Origin: Moniliella sp. 'wahieum'
Taxonomy: Eukaryota
Direction: 5' to 3'
DNA: 64,000 bases
Assembly: GCA_003971905.1 (NCBI GenBank)
Contig: RSEE01000022.1
Coordinates: 124,001 to 188,000 of the forward strand
How positions within the stretch are numbered: position 1 is the first letter of the stretch; each line of letters opens with the position of its first letter. Below the pieces are notes generated by a model. It had not been told where the DNA came from. It made no database searches and worked only from the letters and a program-made list of their open reading frames with translations. This document shows, in pieces, positions 39,585 through 53,833 of this stretch. The translations under genes and the position numbers were made by a program.

Positions 39585-42500
39585 ATGCTCGGCCTGGCCA
39601 GCTGGACTGGCCCCGGCCCCGTCCAGCGGCGCGCGGCGGCCTACATGCTCCGCACCCTCCTCGGGCCCCTCGCACCCGCCCTCGACGACGCCCAGATCGA
39701 CGCCGCGCTGCTCGCCGGCCGCCTCGACGTGCGCCGCGTCCGCCTCGACCCAGCCGCACTCGCCCACCGCTGCCCCCTCCCCCACCTCGTCCCCACCCAC
39801 GCCACCCTCGCCGCCCTCCAGCTCCAGCTGCCGCCCCTCGCCCAGCTCTGGTCCGCCGACGCCCCGTCCGCATCGTCCTCGAGCAGCTTGAGCTCCACGC
39901 CACCCTCGCCCTCACCCCCGCCTCGGTCCCCACCCCGCCGATCTCGCCGCCAGCATCCATGCTGCAGCCACCGAAGCCGTCCAGTCCGCTGTTGCCGAGT
40001 CTGCTCCCGCCGCCCCGCCTGGCTTTGCCGCCGCTGGACCCAGTCGCTCCTCGCCCGCATCCAGATCGACCTCGACGCTGCCATCATCCACCTCGCCCCG
40101 CCGCCCACCGCACCCGCCGCCCCTACCCTCGTCCTCACTCTCGGCCCCCTTCGCATCGGCCCCGACCCCCGCGGCGACCCCCTTTCCCATGCATTTGCCC
40201 TTGACTCGCTCCACCTCGCCCTGGTGCCGCCCGATCCTGCTTCCGCCTCCGACTCGGACTCCGACCAGGGCGACGACAACGAGAACTACCTTGCTCTGAG
40301 CTCAGCGGTGCTCGATCTGCGCCAAAGCGTCTACCACGACGCCATGCCCGACACCCCTCTGTCCCGGCAAGAGCCCACAACCCTCCTGTCCATCACTGCC
40401 GACACGACAGGCAAAGTCGGCGTAGCTCCCGCTTGCTCTGGCACCATATCTCCCCAATCTGGCACAGCACAGATAGCGTCCATCGTGCTCCACCTCGACC
40501 CCGACACCCTCGCGACTGCTGTTGCCCCATGGCTTGATATTGTTTTGTCGTTGCTCCCTGCCTCTCCTGGGACCGCCCCTCGCCCCGCGGCATCCTCTTC
40601 GCCACCTGCGTCTGCTTCTTTCTGGTCTTTCACGCTGCAGCGTGCCATGGTTTCCTACACTCTGCCCACATATCCCCCACTCCTTTACTCTCCAGCAGCT
40701 GGGCGCCGAGCTTTCGGATTCTTGCCATGTCACACTTGGCTCCCTTTCGCTCAGCACCGACGGGACTCAAATCCTCTCCATTGGCGAGCGGGATACACCG
40801 GCACTAAGGGCGGGCCAAGATGCCCACACGGGCTGGACGATCGCCTTGGCTGCCATCACTGGTTCCCTGCCCATCCCCTACCTTGGCCAGGTAGGCAGCA
40901 GTCTCCAAACTCTACTCTCCAGTTTCTCCCGCAGTGCCCTGCCTCCCTCGGCCCCCTTGTCATCTCCATCGCCACCGCCAACTGCCGCCCCGCCAGCCAA
41001 GATCCAGCTTACCTGCCCTAGCCTCGATCTCTCCCTCCCCATCCCGCGGCATAGCCATGCACCACGCACATTGCTCCCCTCGCGCGCAGGAAAGTACCGT
41101 CTGCACCTCAATTCTATTGTGTTGGCCTCTCACCCGGACCAGCCTAAGGGAACAAAACGCAAGACCCACTTTGCGCCTGTCGCCCCCCCCGCTGACTGGA
41201 CATTGGCTGTACAGGAGATGGTCATGTACCATACTCCGCCTAGCGGAGAGGAGGAAGGGATCGTGCGTCTTCCTCAACCAGCAGTGGAGGTTGCGATTCA
41301 CCCAGAGGGGACCGACATTCACCTGGCCCAAGTGGAGGCCCGGCTTGACCCGGTGCGATGGGCCCAACTCGAGATGGCGCTGGATGATTTGACCTGCTGG
41401 CTGCCGAGGTTAGTCCTTTGGAGGAAGGACAGATGGCCTCCGAACCAAGTGAGGAAGGAGCACGGCCGGTGAAAGTGAAGATCGACCACATTTGCACCGA
41501 GCTCTATTTCCCTCGCTTGACAAGCAAGGAGAAGGTGGTGCTTCTGGCGTCGGGCGTGGACGTTGTGGGCTGGTGGCATAGATGCATCTCTGTCTCAAGT
41601 GGGTGTGACCTACTTTCCGAGCGACGATGGCGGCACCCCCCACCCGCTCCTTGTTGCTTCGCCCGTGGATCAGGCCTGTGGCACTGTTCAGGTCCGTACC
41701 TTGACCACAGACACAGGAAAGACAACTTGCCTAACGTTGGAGGTAAGGGATGCTTTGGCGCACGTGGTGCTAGACGCGCCTTATATTGCTCAGCTGGCTC
41801 AGCTCGCCCACACGCCTGAAGATACGTTTGTCCATGTCACACCTTCGGACCGGACCGAGGTACGGGTGCGGATGGCCAATGTTCAAGGGGGTTGACACCG
41901 GGTGTAGACCAAGCTGTGATGGGGGTGCTAGCGTCTTCGGTCGAAGCGGCAGTGGACCTGACCCCACTAGGAGTCCAAGCAGCTACAGCGAACTTATGTG
42001 CCCGGCTCCTCGTGTTGGACAAGGGCGGACCAGACCTGCTCCACACCTTGCTGGCTCATACTGGTACACCGCTCAGTCTGTGGACCCAAACTGGCTTTGC
42101 CCCCCTGGCTCAAATTGTGCTGAAGGGCGCGTTTTCTCCGGCGTACATTACCCTCTCCCATGCCCGTGTCCGGTTGACGCTAGCGGCCGACACCTTGGCC
42201 GTGGTGACGCAGTTTGCGGCAGGTCTTAGCTCGGCGAACAGTTCTGACGAATCCAGCTCCTCCACAACCTCCTCTCCTCGCACCTTTAGGGCACAATCGG
42301 CTTCGCCGGCCCTCTCTCGTCTCCAAGGCATGAGCGGGACAGAAGAGGAAGAGTTCTTTGCGCCGCCTCCAAGCTCCACCCCGACACCAGGACCGGCGAT
42401 GGAAGAGGTGGAGATCGAGCCTCCCCTTCTGCTGGGACAAAGTGTCTTTTTGGATGTCCAAGAAGCTGTTGAGGGAACTGCTTCGACACGACCTGTTCGC

Positions 42501-44414
42501 TTCCGGCCTCCACGGGACGCAACAACAGAGAAGGCGATGCTCGGGGCCGGACGTCATACTCGTGCTGTTCCTCGCACCGTCCAAGCACCCCTCCCGCGCC
42601 CTACTGTGTACATGCTCCCTCCCGTGAAGGAAACGTACCAAACGGGCTCAACGACCGTCAAAGTATTCCACCTTCTTGGTCTGGGCCCAAGGTGGGGTAC
42701 TCTTCCCTGCTTCTTGCACATGCCGACAAAGAAGATGCTCAGGAATGGTGCGTATGCGTGCGATGAATTTGTGGGCATGCACTAACGTTTGGCTGCAATA
42801 ACCTCCGTGTCGATGTGGAGGATGTAAATGTGACCATTGAACTGTTTGGCGGATACGATTGGGTGTCAAGTCGGGAGTATGTGCGGTCCAAGGCCTCACG
42901 AGTGCGTCGCCGCCTGCTCAAGATCAAGCAGCTGCTGGCCCAAGGCTATACGCCGCCCGAAGCGGTGCCCGACGCGGCCGAGGACCTAATGCGCTCCATC
43001 CACCTCCCACTCCCTGCCGATTTGAGTGGTATGCAAGCCGATGGATTTTTGCACATTGTCCATGAGAACGTGGGATGGGACGAGGAAGGTGCACACCCTT
43101 CGCCGCAGGCCCAGGCCCAGGGCAAGACCAAAGCCAACCGCCAAAGTGTTCGGTCCAAACTCGCCGCGCGTGTTCATCCCGCTTTGCGCATCTCCATACG
43201 TGGCGCTCGGCACTTTTCGTGCGTACCGCCATCCCGATCCTCAGACTGGTCGAGGCTCGCGTGCTGAGGTGCACCTGGACCGCGTGGAGATTGTGGACGA
43301 GATGCCGACCTCGACATGGCGAACATTCATGACGGCCATGGCGCCTGAAGACCCGCGGGTGCGACAGAGGAAAAGGCCCAAGTCGTTCTTCGTCTCGATG
43401 GGTTCCCTCAAGAAGAGGGAGAAGAGTATGAGGTAACGGCCCAAGTGGCCCCAGTGCGACTTCATGTTGACCAAGACGCCCTAGATTTCCTCAAAGTATT
43501 TTTTGGTTTCTCGGCGCAGCGCGATCTAGACCAAGGCGTGCCGGTGTCTCCTCCTGGTGGTGCCTTATTCGCAAAGCCGAGATCTGGCCCATTCCCATCA
43601 AACTTGACTACAAGCCCAAGCGAGTCAACTTTGGTTTGCTCAAGCAGGGCCAAGTGGTAGAGATGATGAACTTTTTCCATTTCGACGGCGCCCGGCTGAC
43701 CTACGCCACACGACGCTGCATGGCATCCAGGGGGTGCCGCGCCTGCTCGACAGCCTCCACGACATTTGGGCCCCCGACGTGACGGCAAACCAACTAACGG
43801 ATGTGCTTTCGGGGATCGCCTTTGCGTACCGTGTCCACCCTGGGTGGCGGCTTGGCCGAGCTGGCCTTGTTGCCGATCGAGCAGTACCAGAAGGATGGTC
43901 GCCCGCTCAAGGGGTTTCAACTTGCTGCCCGTCACTTTGCCACACTGCCGCCCTCGAGGCCGTTCGTCTCGGTGCCCGTTTGGCAACCGGCACTCAAACC
44001 CTGCTGGAGGGAGCAGAGAATGTGCTGGTAGGCCCTGCGGTAGCCGTGACCACAGTTCCGTCGGGCTCGCATTATGCCACCCCACCCAGCGACATGCGTG
44101 AAGCCATGGACCAAGCGTACCGTGGCCTCTCCAAAGGCCTTACCTCGGCGGCACGATCATGTTGGCACTGCCGATGGATCTGTACGAGCGGCGGTATGTG
44201 GATGAGGCGGCCGCTTCTTCCCCTCCCGGCCCATCGACGGACGAGGGAGGCGCCAAGGCCATTCCCCTCGCCTTGTTGCGTTCTGCCGCCGGGGCAAGCG
44301 AGGCGTTGTCCGGCCTTATTAGGGCTTCAATCCACGTTGCAGCCTACGCTGGTGCGCGATACACGACTCAAGTATAAATTGGACGAACGCGGGGAGGAAG
44401 AAGAGTGGGAGTAA
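39585..44414 (+). CDS. ATG2: Autophagy lipid-transfer protein Atg2
   Basis: Chorein-N-like VQRRAAAYMLRTLLGP; LFGGYDW; PVRLHVDQDALDFLKVFF; IKLDYKPKRV; EMMNFFHFDGA; WAPDVTANQLTDVLSG. Confidence 0.93.
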
Positions 44415-45250
44415 CCCATCTTGTTGTGTCCCTTGCCCCACCCTTCCCGAGACCGTCCTGCTACATCGCTCTCTCCTACTTTCCCTCCCGAGACTCGTTT
44501 TGCCTCTCGTGGCCTTCTTATGGCCCTTCCCTCGCATATCTACCAAGTACGATTTTTTACCACACTTGAATCCCATGCGGACTGCTGATTACGACTGGTC
44601 ATTTGAATAACATGCAGACCTACAACGATCCCTTCCCACAGTTGGGCCCGACGAAGAAACGCAGGACCTTTCAACTGAGAGGCATTGGAGTAGTAACGGC
44701 ATCTTGATTAAGTTGCGGTAACATAGCGGAGAGTCATCAGTGCAGTGCGTTTTGCCATCAGGACGGACTATAAGAACAGTAGTCCGGGGCCGATGAACAC
44801 AGCTACACCGACTATAGTGAGTGAGCGCAAAGTCATGCGCTCCCAATGGAAAGATACGGACCACATCTACTAACCGCCCATGGGCAAAAGGCGTGTGATC
44901 CGAGAATAACGGAGGAGCGATGGCTTTGAAACGCGGGGTACTTTTGGGAGCTGTGCTAGTAGGGTGTCAGTCTTGTCAGTAGTATAAACAAAGCATCGTC
45001 AGTAGCCACAATATACTTAGTCACTTCACTAGCTTCGCTAGCTTCACCGGCGCCACTGGTCAGTGTGAATAGTCATAGTCAGTCACACTGGCAACATAGT
45101 TCGACGACTCACTCTTGCCTGGGTCGTCTGAGCGGACAAAACGAGTTCGGCATGTCCGGGGACAATAGTCTACTCTATTAGTATAAGTGTTTCTCCATCT
45201 CCACCACCGACCCCGGCTTGTCAACTACTACCTTTCTTTCGGATCTTAAT

Positions 45251-46294
45251 ATGGCCGAGTCCTTCACGATCAAGCTGCCCTGCACCTCCTCCAACATGGC
45301 CCTGGATTTGACGTCGTGGGTCTCTCCCTGTCCCTCTACCTTACTTTGCGTGTCAAAGTCGACCGAGCAAGATACTGCGCCGACGCTGCAGTACAGGGCA
45401 GGGTGCAGCCGACGCGCCGTTGGATCCCTACAAGAACTTGACCACCCGCAGTGCTCTCTACGTTCTGCGTGCCAACGGTGTTCCTTCGTTCCCCGGTAGG
45501 GGTGTCGATTGATGTGCACAATGAGGTGCCGTTTGGTCGTGGGCTAGGCTCATCGGTGGGCGTGGGTGCAGGTGTGGTGCTGGGCAACCGGCTGGGCAAG
45601 CTGGGGCTTGGCACGTCTCGTCTGTTGGACCATGCTCTGATGATTGAGCGTCATCCAGATAACGTGACGGCCGCGCTGGTGGGTGGCTTTGTCGGTTCCT
45701 ATCTCCTCGAGCTGTCGCCTGAAGAAACAGAGGCGAAGGATGTGCCTCTGTCTGAAGTCCTTCCCGAGTATCCACCCGATGCATCGCCCGGTGGGGCCGC
45801 AATCCGCCCTCCCGCCGCGTGGGATTGGACACTACATTCGGTTTGGCTGGGCGCCCGAGATCCAGGTGATTGCCATCATCCCGCAATTTGAAGTACCGAC
45901 TGCCAAAGCGCGTGCGGTTTTGCCCACCACCGTTTCCCGGCACGATCTCGTGTTCAACCTGCAACGGCTTGCTGTCCTCACCAGCGCACTGGCCCGTAGC
46001 CCTGTGGACGTCAACCTCGTCTTCCAGGCCATGCAGGATAAAGTCCACCAGCCCTACCGCTCTCAACACTCATCCAGGCCTCCCGCGCACCCTGGCCAGT
46101 TCACGCCTTCTTCCCACCCGGGGCTCCTGGGCATCTGTCTTTCTGGTGCCGGTCCTACCATCTTGGCTTTGGCAACGGACAACCTGTCGCACATTTCTGA
46201 CACAATCACAGGCGAGTTTGCCAAGGAGAAGATCGAGTGCGACGTGCAGTTTCTCTCTGTCACTTACGATGGGGTCCAGGTCCTGGAAGACTAG
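45251..46294 (+). CDS. THR1: Homoserine kinase
   Basis: KLPCTSSN.GPGFD, GHMP motif PFGRGLGSS, IERHPDN, MQDKVHQPYR, CLSGAGPTILALA. Confidence 0.96.
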
Positions 46295-46354
46295 GGTGTT
46301 GTGAGCCCGTATTTCGCATGCCATCGTTTGTTTTTGAATTTTCTGTGGACGAGA

Positions 46355-46484
46355 AACCAGGGTACATGCCATAGAGGAACTATCTTGCAGGGTCAAGGAG
46401 GGCGGGCAGGACATAGGTAGGAACCAGGGTACATGCCATAGAGGAAGGATCTTGCAGGGTCAGGAGGGCGGGCAGGGCGTAGGT
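46355..46484 (+). repeat. ~67-bp tandem duplication between convergent THR1 and LCB1 3' ends
   Basis: AACCAGGGTACATGCCATAGAGGAA..ATCTTGCAGGGTCA.GGAGGGCGGGCAGG at 46355 and 46422. Confidence 0.92.
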
Positions 46485-46504
46485 CAAGGGAAGGTAAGGT
46501 CTGT

Positions 46505-48271
46505 CTACTGGCCCAAAACATCAACGATCGCTTGGCGCAGAACCTGGGCTGCAACCTGCATCTCGGACTTGGTGAAAGCCGACGAGACGGCAATCCGGAT
46601 CGTGGGGTCGGAGTCGGGTTTGGTATCGAGCACGGCCGGGTTGATCGAGGGCAGACGGCGGGAACGAACGAGGAGGACACCTTGAGCCAAGGCTCGGTCG
46701 ATCGCTTGCAGCAACCGCGTCTGCTCTTCCACGCTCAGCTCCGATTCTCCAGCACGAACACGAATGTGAATGATGGGAGAGGGGCTGTGCGAGGGAATGT
46801 CTATCGTAGGAATAGTGTCCAGACGCTGCGGAGAGTACGAATGTTGTCTTGCAAGACGCGAAGCGACGAGGCGTCGGTCTGCAGCCGCTCAATCGCAGTG
46901 GAGGCGGTCACCGCATTGAGCGCAGGCAAGGCGGCTGAATAGACAAATCCAGGCGAGTTAATCCGTTGGTGGAATTCGACCACCGCCGAGCCAGCAACAA
47001 AGCCACCAGCACTGCCAAGGGTTTGGCCAAGTTACCAGTCAAATGTCAATGTCGGTAGCCGGAATTCCAAACAACTCAGTGGCTCCCTTGCCTGTCTTTC
47101 CAATTGTACCAAAAGAAAGGCCCTCATCAAGCAGAATGCGGAACTTGTGCTTCTTGGCCAAAGCGACGATGGCGCCCAAATCGCTCAGTTGACCATCGTT
47201 CTCAAAGATGCCCTCGGTAATGATGAAGCGACGAGTGAGCGGCTGTTTGCGGCGCACATCGTCGCGGGTGATCGACTCGAGCACGCGGGACAATGAAGAC
47301 ATGCTGTTGTGTTCATACCACCCCGCACTTTCGACCGACTGATCTGAATGCCCTTTTGGATGGAGTAATTCACCCCGCGGTCAGCCACGATCACGTCTCC
47401 GCGCTTTGCAAAAGGCCGGAATAACACTAGATGTGGTAGTGAAACCCTGGGCGTAGACGATGGCGCGTTCGGTGCCAAGGAAGCGCGCCAGGTTGGCCTC
47501 AAGGTCCATGTGCACGTCTAAGGGAAAAGAACACAAGTTAGCGGCAAGAAAGCACAGTGCAGATTACGGCAAACAAGGCAACGCACCAATCGTGCCGTAA
47601 AAGCCAGGAGGGCTGCAGGACCCAACACCGTACTGGCGCAGCGTCTGAATCGCACGCTCCTTCATCTCGGGCTCGGAGGAGAGGTCAGTGAAGTTGAAGC
47701 TAGCCAGGTTCAGCACCTTGGTCCGCTCGCCCACAGCTTCTGATTTGACTGTAGGGCGAGGGCCGTTGGGACCAACAATGAGAGGAACCGAAGCCAAATC
47801 CCACTTTTCAAAGTCGTTGAGCGGGGTGCAGAGGGGCTCAGGGCTAAATTCGTCCACCAACCCATCGATCTCGGCCGGGGTGAGCTCGACAAAGTTAGAG
47901 CCGGAGGCCTGGGACTTGGTGCGCTGGAGGATGGTGCGGAGGGCAAAGCCGATGAGGAGCAGCTCGAGCAACGTGCGGAACGGGTCATTTTGGTAGCTGC
48001 TCGTCACATAGCGCACAACAATGGGCGATCCGGGCAGGGCGCGAAAGAGCGGCCCAGGGTAGCGAGGTGGTGCTGCAAGCTGCGGAGGAGTGGGCGGGCC
48101 CAGGTGGCGTCGTCGAGGTCGGGGCGCCAGGAGGAGCAGAAGCGATCGTGGTGGCCGAGGCCGAGGCGAGGCCGACGGCAAGAACAAGGAGGCCAGCGAG
48201 GGGCAGGAGCGAGTGCTGGAGGGGATGTGAGCGGCGCGTGAGGACGCCGGGCGGGGTGCGGAGGTGGGCAT
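46505..48271 (-). CDS. LCB1: Serine palmitoyltransferase subunit Lcb1
   Basis: [69 protein letters not shown]; intron ~47519-47586. Confidence 0.95.
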
Positions 48272-48717
48272 GTAGGCGTGTGGGAGGGCGGCGGCGAGGG
48301 CGGGTGGGTGGATGGCGAGATTGGTGCTGGGCGTGGATCCTTGCGCGGGTGAGCGCTGACTATGACTGGGGCCGACGGCTGATCCACTCGTTGTGCAGCC
48401 CTGCGCCTCAGGCTGAGGCCTGGGCCTGGCCTCAGGACCGCCGATCTCAGTCCGACTCAGGCGAGCCCTCCGACGCCCCCCGGCGAGCCAGCCCATCCAT
48501 AGTAGGGTTGCCCTCCTCTGGGGCGCGTGCGGGCGGAAAGCGGGGGCGGAATGGATTTTTGCCTGAGGCCTTCGGGCTTTCGGTGCGGCGAGCGCTGGCC
48601 ATTTGAGAGAGACACGTGCCCCCGCGCCGCAGCCACACCCCCCAGCATTCACCATCCGCACCCGCCTCCCCACCACCACGAGCGACCCCACCACCACCCC
48701 AGCTCGCTGGCCTGGGC

Positions 48718-51700
48718 ATGGAAAGTGCTCCGACACTGCTCGACTGCTGGCGGGTAGGCGACTATCCAAGGTTCCGAGCGCTTGGTACGTGGCCCACTGG
48801 TGGCAACCTCCAGACCGCTGACTCGTGGCCTCTCCTCCCCCGCTGCTTTATCCAGCACGCACCGCCTCCTCGGCCGGCGATATCAATGCCCGCGATGCGC
48901 ATGGGCGCACCCTCCTGCACCACCTTGCCGCTCGGACGAAGCCGACGTCCACGCTTACCTGCGCCTCACTTTGGCCCATCCGCTGCTCGATGCAAACGCC
49001 CAAGACAGGGAGAGCGGTACGTTGCCATTTCCTGCCACAGTGCACCCCTTGTATTGACGTTGCTTTTTTTTCTCTAGGTTGGACGGCACTCCACCTCCGC
49101 GCACTGTACACCGGTCATGTCCGCACAGCACGCTCCCTGTTCCACTCCTCTTCCACCGATCCACGCATCCGCGATGCAGAGGGCCTGGTTCCATTCGACC
49201 TCTATTCCACTTCCATGTCCTCTGCTGCCCCTCCGGATCGGCCCGCCCAGACTGAACTTTACGTCTTTGGGTCGAACCACGCTGCCACCCTCGGTTTGCC
49301 TGATGCACCTAGCACCATATGGCCGCTCCCCATTACCCTCCCATGTGACAGCGACAGTAACCGTTCCATGGACGAGGGGGACGTGGATGAAGAGGAGATG
49401 TACCAGGAGCAGGATAATCAAGATGACGACGAGGGCGAAAGCAAAGCACAGGCACCAGACACGGCGCCTCAATATTGCCTCCGCAACCACATGCCTGGCG
49501 CTCGCTTCTGCCCGCCCTCGGTGCGCGAGGTAGCGATGGCTCGTATGCACACTCTCCTGCTCACTGACCAACCCGGACCCAACGTCTGGGTTGCAGGCAC
49601 CGGCACGCTTGGTCGGTTAGGTCGCTACCAACTGGCACGCAAGGACAAGGCTCAGATTGACCCACGCGTGCCCGTAGCCACCAATGTGGCTGGAACGCCT
49701 ACTGTTCGCTCCTTCTCCCGCCTTGCTGACTTCGATCGCCATGTTCATTCGGTGGCTGTGGGGCCAGATCATACACTACTATTGTCTCATGGCCAGGTGT
49801 GGAGCTTTGGGTCCAACAAGTTTGGTGTCTTGGGCTATACTTTGGACCGAGGACAAGGCATGGTTCTCTCTTCAGCGCCTGCTGCAACTGTCTCCCTTTC
49901 ATCCGCTGTCAAAGACGTACTGGACGTGCAAGTCACTCCAAGACAAGTATTGGGCCCACTAAAGAGAGAGCACGTCTGCGGAGTGGCTGCCAGCCGACTC
50001 CACAGCCTGGTTTGGACCGACACATCCGTCTTCACCTGGGGATCCCATGCAGGTCAACTGGGCTATGAACGGCCTGTATCGGGAACACCTTCCGCTAGTG
50101 CCGCTCCTACCTTGACCCGTCCCCCTTGGTCCGCCCAACCAACCCAGCGTTCGCAGCAGCGGTGCAAGTTCTGCCACGCAAAGTGTCGGGCATTGCTGGC
50201 CAGAGGGACAGCGGATCTCCATGCGGCTACGACAGACTTTGCCTCGTGCATCCTCATCTCGTCGGGCGAGGTCATGGTGATGCGAAACGACATGGTGAAC
50301 AAGCTTACCTGGCCATCGCCACCTGCGCCACTAGCGTCCCGGCACAAGCATGCCTTCTCGACTCCGACAGAACGAAGACTCGGATCGCACGGCTCGGTAA
50401 AGCGGCAAGCGGGTGCAGGATCTGAGCGCGAATCGACGAAGAGGTAATGTCTATCTCATTCCCCTGGACCGTGTCCCTGGCCTGGCGGATGTCCCTGTTC
50501 GCCCCAAGAGGGTATGGATCGCTCGCTCCCCCATGATGGCCGCCACGGCAGTCACGACGTTGCCCGAGGCAGGTGTGCTTCTCTGCACGGCCAGGGGGTC
50601 GGTTTATGTGCGGAGTGGGACCAAACTATCTATCCCCTTGCCCATTCCCGAAGGCGCGGACCAAGGCCGTCCATCTTCGTTCGTCTTGTTACCTACCATA
50701 TTCCGCAGTCAAGGTCTGGGCAATGCGTCCGGCGGGATGGCAGTGCTGACGGCACCGTATGCCCCCAAGGAGGTGGTCGAGCCACCACCTGGTCCCTCGA
50801 TTGCGGATCACCTGTTGGATCTTCTTCCACTGCGCCGGGCCCCACGTAAAATTCTTGGGGTTAATTCGGCCCAGCGGATGTCAAAGTAGACCAGCCGGTG
50901 GACACCCCGCAGAGGACAAGAGCGAAGATGAGGAGCCTACTGTTGACGCGGCCGAGGCGGTGCTGGATCGGTATGTGACATTGGCCGTCCAACTGAGTGA
51001 GATGGCCCGACGATGGGACCAGGTGGCCCTGGATACAGGTATGGCGATTGCTCAGGGGGAGCCCCGGGGGCTTGCCTACGGGCTGCGACGCCATGATCTG
51101 TGTCCCTTCGCCGGGCACGCCGGGGCGGTATCTCCCTGTGCATCGCTTTATCCTCTCCGCCCGCTTGCCCCAAGGCTCCTTCCGCTCTCTGCCAAGCAAT
51201 GTGGATGCTCAGCGGGTGCCCCGTGGGTGCGCTTGATTTGCCCGCCGTTGATTGGCTGACGGCAATCTGGCTTGTCTATTACCTCTACACGGATGACTTG
51301 CCTCCTATTTGGTCCGCTTCCCTCTCGTTGCGCCTGCCCCCCGAACTGGATGTGGATCCCGGACGGGTCAGAAGACAACTTCATTCCCTCGCCCAGAGTC
51401 TCCAGCTGCCGGCTTTGGTGAAGCCACCACTTCATCGGCACCCCGGGCCCCGCCCCCTGTTTACACTGATCTGGCCAGCGCTTACGATTTGTTTGTTCGG
51501 ACCGTTGATTCATCGGCACCACCATCAGGGGAGCATGATGTCCACCTTGTCCTGGCCGACCGGATCGTCGGAGCACACGCCTGATCCTGTCTCGTTCCCC
51601 GTTCTTTTCCGGCACGCTTCAGCTGCTTTCTCGGCCGCAACGATGGGATCAAGGCCTGCTTACAGATCTCTCCTGGCTGGCCTGGCGGACGGCTCGAGTT

Positions 51701-53646
51701 CTTTTAGCATTCCTCTACACCGATCCCACTCCCGGGTGGGAGGTCCTGTTCCCCTCGACCCAGCTGAGCAGCCAGGTTCGGGCCCCGCAGCCAGTGAGGC
51801 GGTCAGTGTCTTATCTCCGCCCCAGCAGGAAAAGGAAGATGATACCCACGACGCTTTCCTGGACCGGTTGGTGGATGTACTGGCAGTGGCCGATTGGTTC
51901 CTTCTTCCCGGTTAGGGCACGCCGCGAGTCTTGTCCTCCGCGAGCACGTTACCCTCTCGACTGTCTCATCGCTGTTGAGCGATGCCGTGACGTTCCATGC
52001 GCCTCTCTTGGTCTCGGCGTGCGTTGAAATGATGGCCGCACTGCTTGAGCCTCTTTTGCACACTGGGGCAATCCGAGATCTTGAGCCAGGTCTTATCATG
52101 TTGCTGGAGAAGAAGGTGCAAGAACTGCAAGACGATCGCCTGGGTCGCAAAGGACTGCAAACCTTGGTGGATGCAGCCATGGCTCGCAACTGGGAATGGG
52201 TCGAGTCACTGGACATTCCTCCCCCATCCCTCTGCACAGTGGCACGAGGAATGAAAGACCGTGCCCTGCCCAAGGGGTGGAAATTGCGTCCGCCCATGCA
52301 CATTGTTTCCCCCCCAGCGTGTTGCCCCGTCTGCACGTCCAACCCGGCGCCCCAGCCGCAACCACAACCGAAACCACAACCACAACCCCAACCTCTTTCC
52401 CCATCCCAACCTACTCCAAGCAGGAAGGATGGAGATGTGTCGATTGACGAGGTGTTTACCATGGACGAGGAACGTGCTGGCGTATGGAGTCGGCGCCCCT
52501 CACGTCCTTCCTCCCCTCCTCCCTTGTCGTCCCCAGCGTCACGGTCACGAACTGACCCTCCCAGCCGGCCGGAAGCCTACTCCCCTTCGACCCCTACCGA
52601 CTTGCGTAGCATCATGGCTGCCGAGCAAGCACGGCGCCAAGCGGCCCAAGCGGCCCAGGCTGCCCAGGCTGCCCAAACTGCCCAAGCTGGGTCGAAGCCC
52701 CTCCCCCTGTCCAAACCAACGCCTTCCTCTAACAGCACTGCACGTGCCCCCTCCATCCGACAGGCTCTGCAGGGAATCGGTCCTGGTTGGGTTCGGGTGG
52801 GTCCTCCCAAGGTGACAAGTGGGCGCGCCCATCTGGGTCAGGGAATCGGACACCGATCCTGGTCCCAGCCCCATCGACTACGATGGCACCGATCGGTTCT
52901 CCCTCGCCGTCGGGTGTATGGCCTGCGCTTTCTCCGCCGTCAGGCTCGGGCTCGGGATCGGGATCGGGGGTGGGGGTGGGCGTGGCGGGGCCGAAGCGCA
53001 AGCCGCTGTCGCTGCAGGAGATCCGAGTGGAACAAGCGCAGCAACAGCCCAAAGTCGAGAAATCCCTCTCCTTTGCCAAGATCCAGGCGGAGGAAGAGCG
53101 AGCGCGACAGGACCTGGCTCGGATCAAGGAAGCTGAGCAAGAAGAGGCGCAGCGCGTCGCATTTGAAATTTGGTTTGAACAAGAAAGTCACCGGATCCAA
53201 CAGGAGCAACAGTCCTCCTCGCATGGTCCTGCGCAGCGCAGCACGCCCAAGCGCAAGGGCAAGAACAAACCCGCCCCCAACGGGGGTAGACGATCCAATG
53301 GTCCAGCTTCAGGCGCAGGTGTTGGTGCACCTGCAGGCGCTGCGACAGGACCGGGGCCCACGTCCGGCCCCAACAAAAACGAACCGTCAAATTCCAGCAG
53401 GGGCGAGCCATCAGGATCCAGCAAAGCAAAAGCAGCCAATGGATCGACTGCGCCTGCTGGACCAAGGAGCGTACACCCAAACGGGACAAGAATCGGCCGC
53501 CGGTCAAACCTGGTGCCAAGAAGCGGGACGCAGTCGGGTCGGTTGCCTCGATCCCATCTGCGGGTGTGAGTTCCCCCCGGCTGAACCCAACAGCTGCTAC
53601 CTTTACCCCCGGCACGTCTGCTGTGCCTCGGGGGAACGGAATGTAA
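48718..53646 (+). CDS. Ankyrin + RCC1-repeat + BTB/POZ protein (Btb1/IBTK-like)
   Basis: DINARDAHGRTLLH, GWTALH.ALYTG, RCC1 repeats (VFGSN, GTGTLGRLG, WSFGSNKFGVLG, TWGSHAGQLG), BTB-like YYLYTDD and VLAVADWFLL, low-complexity tail with LRSIMAAEQ, LSLQEIRVEQ, SFAKIQAEE. Confidence 0.85.
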
Positions 53647-53833
53647 AAGCGGGCTATCTGGATACGGGCCGTCGTTGTTGGTGCAATGCAGTGGAACTTG
53701 GATTTGGGTGTTGATCGCGTAGGTTGGAAGCCGAGGTGGAAGCGGCATATTCGGCAGGTGCCGGTTCCGGAGAAACGTGGAGACGGCTCTGAGCAGACAG
53801 TTGCATCCATTTTTTTATTATAGGCCTAGGTGG

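Noticed and set aside
38103..39800. 565-aa ORF with AIAIAI repeat
   Set aside because: Produced by the microsatellite and GC-rich overlap of the NOT1 and ATG2 starts; not a coherent protein.
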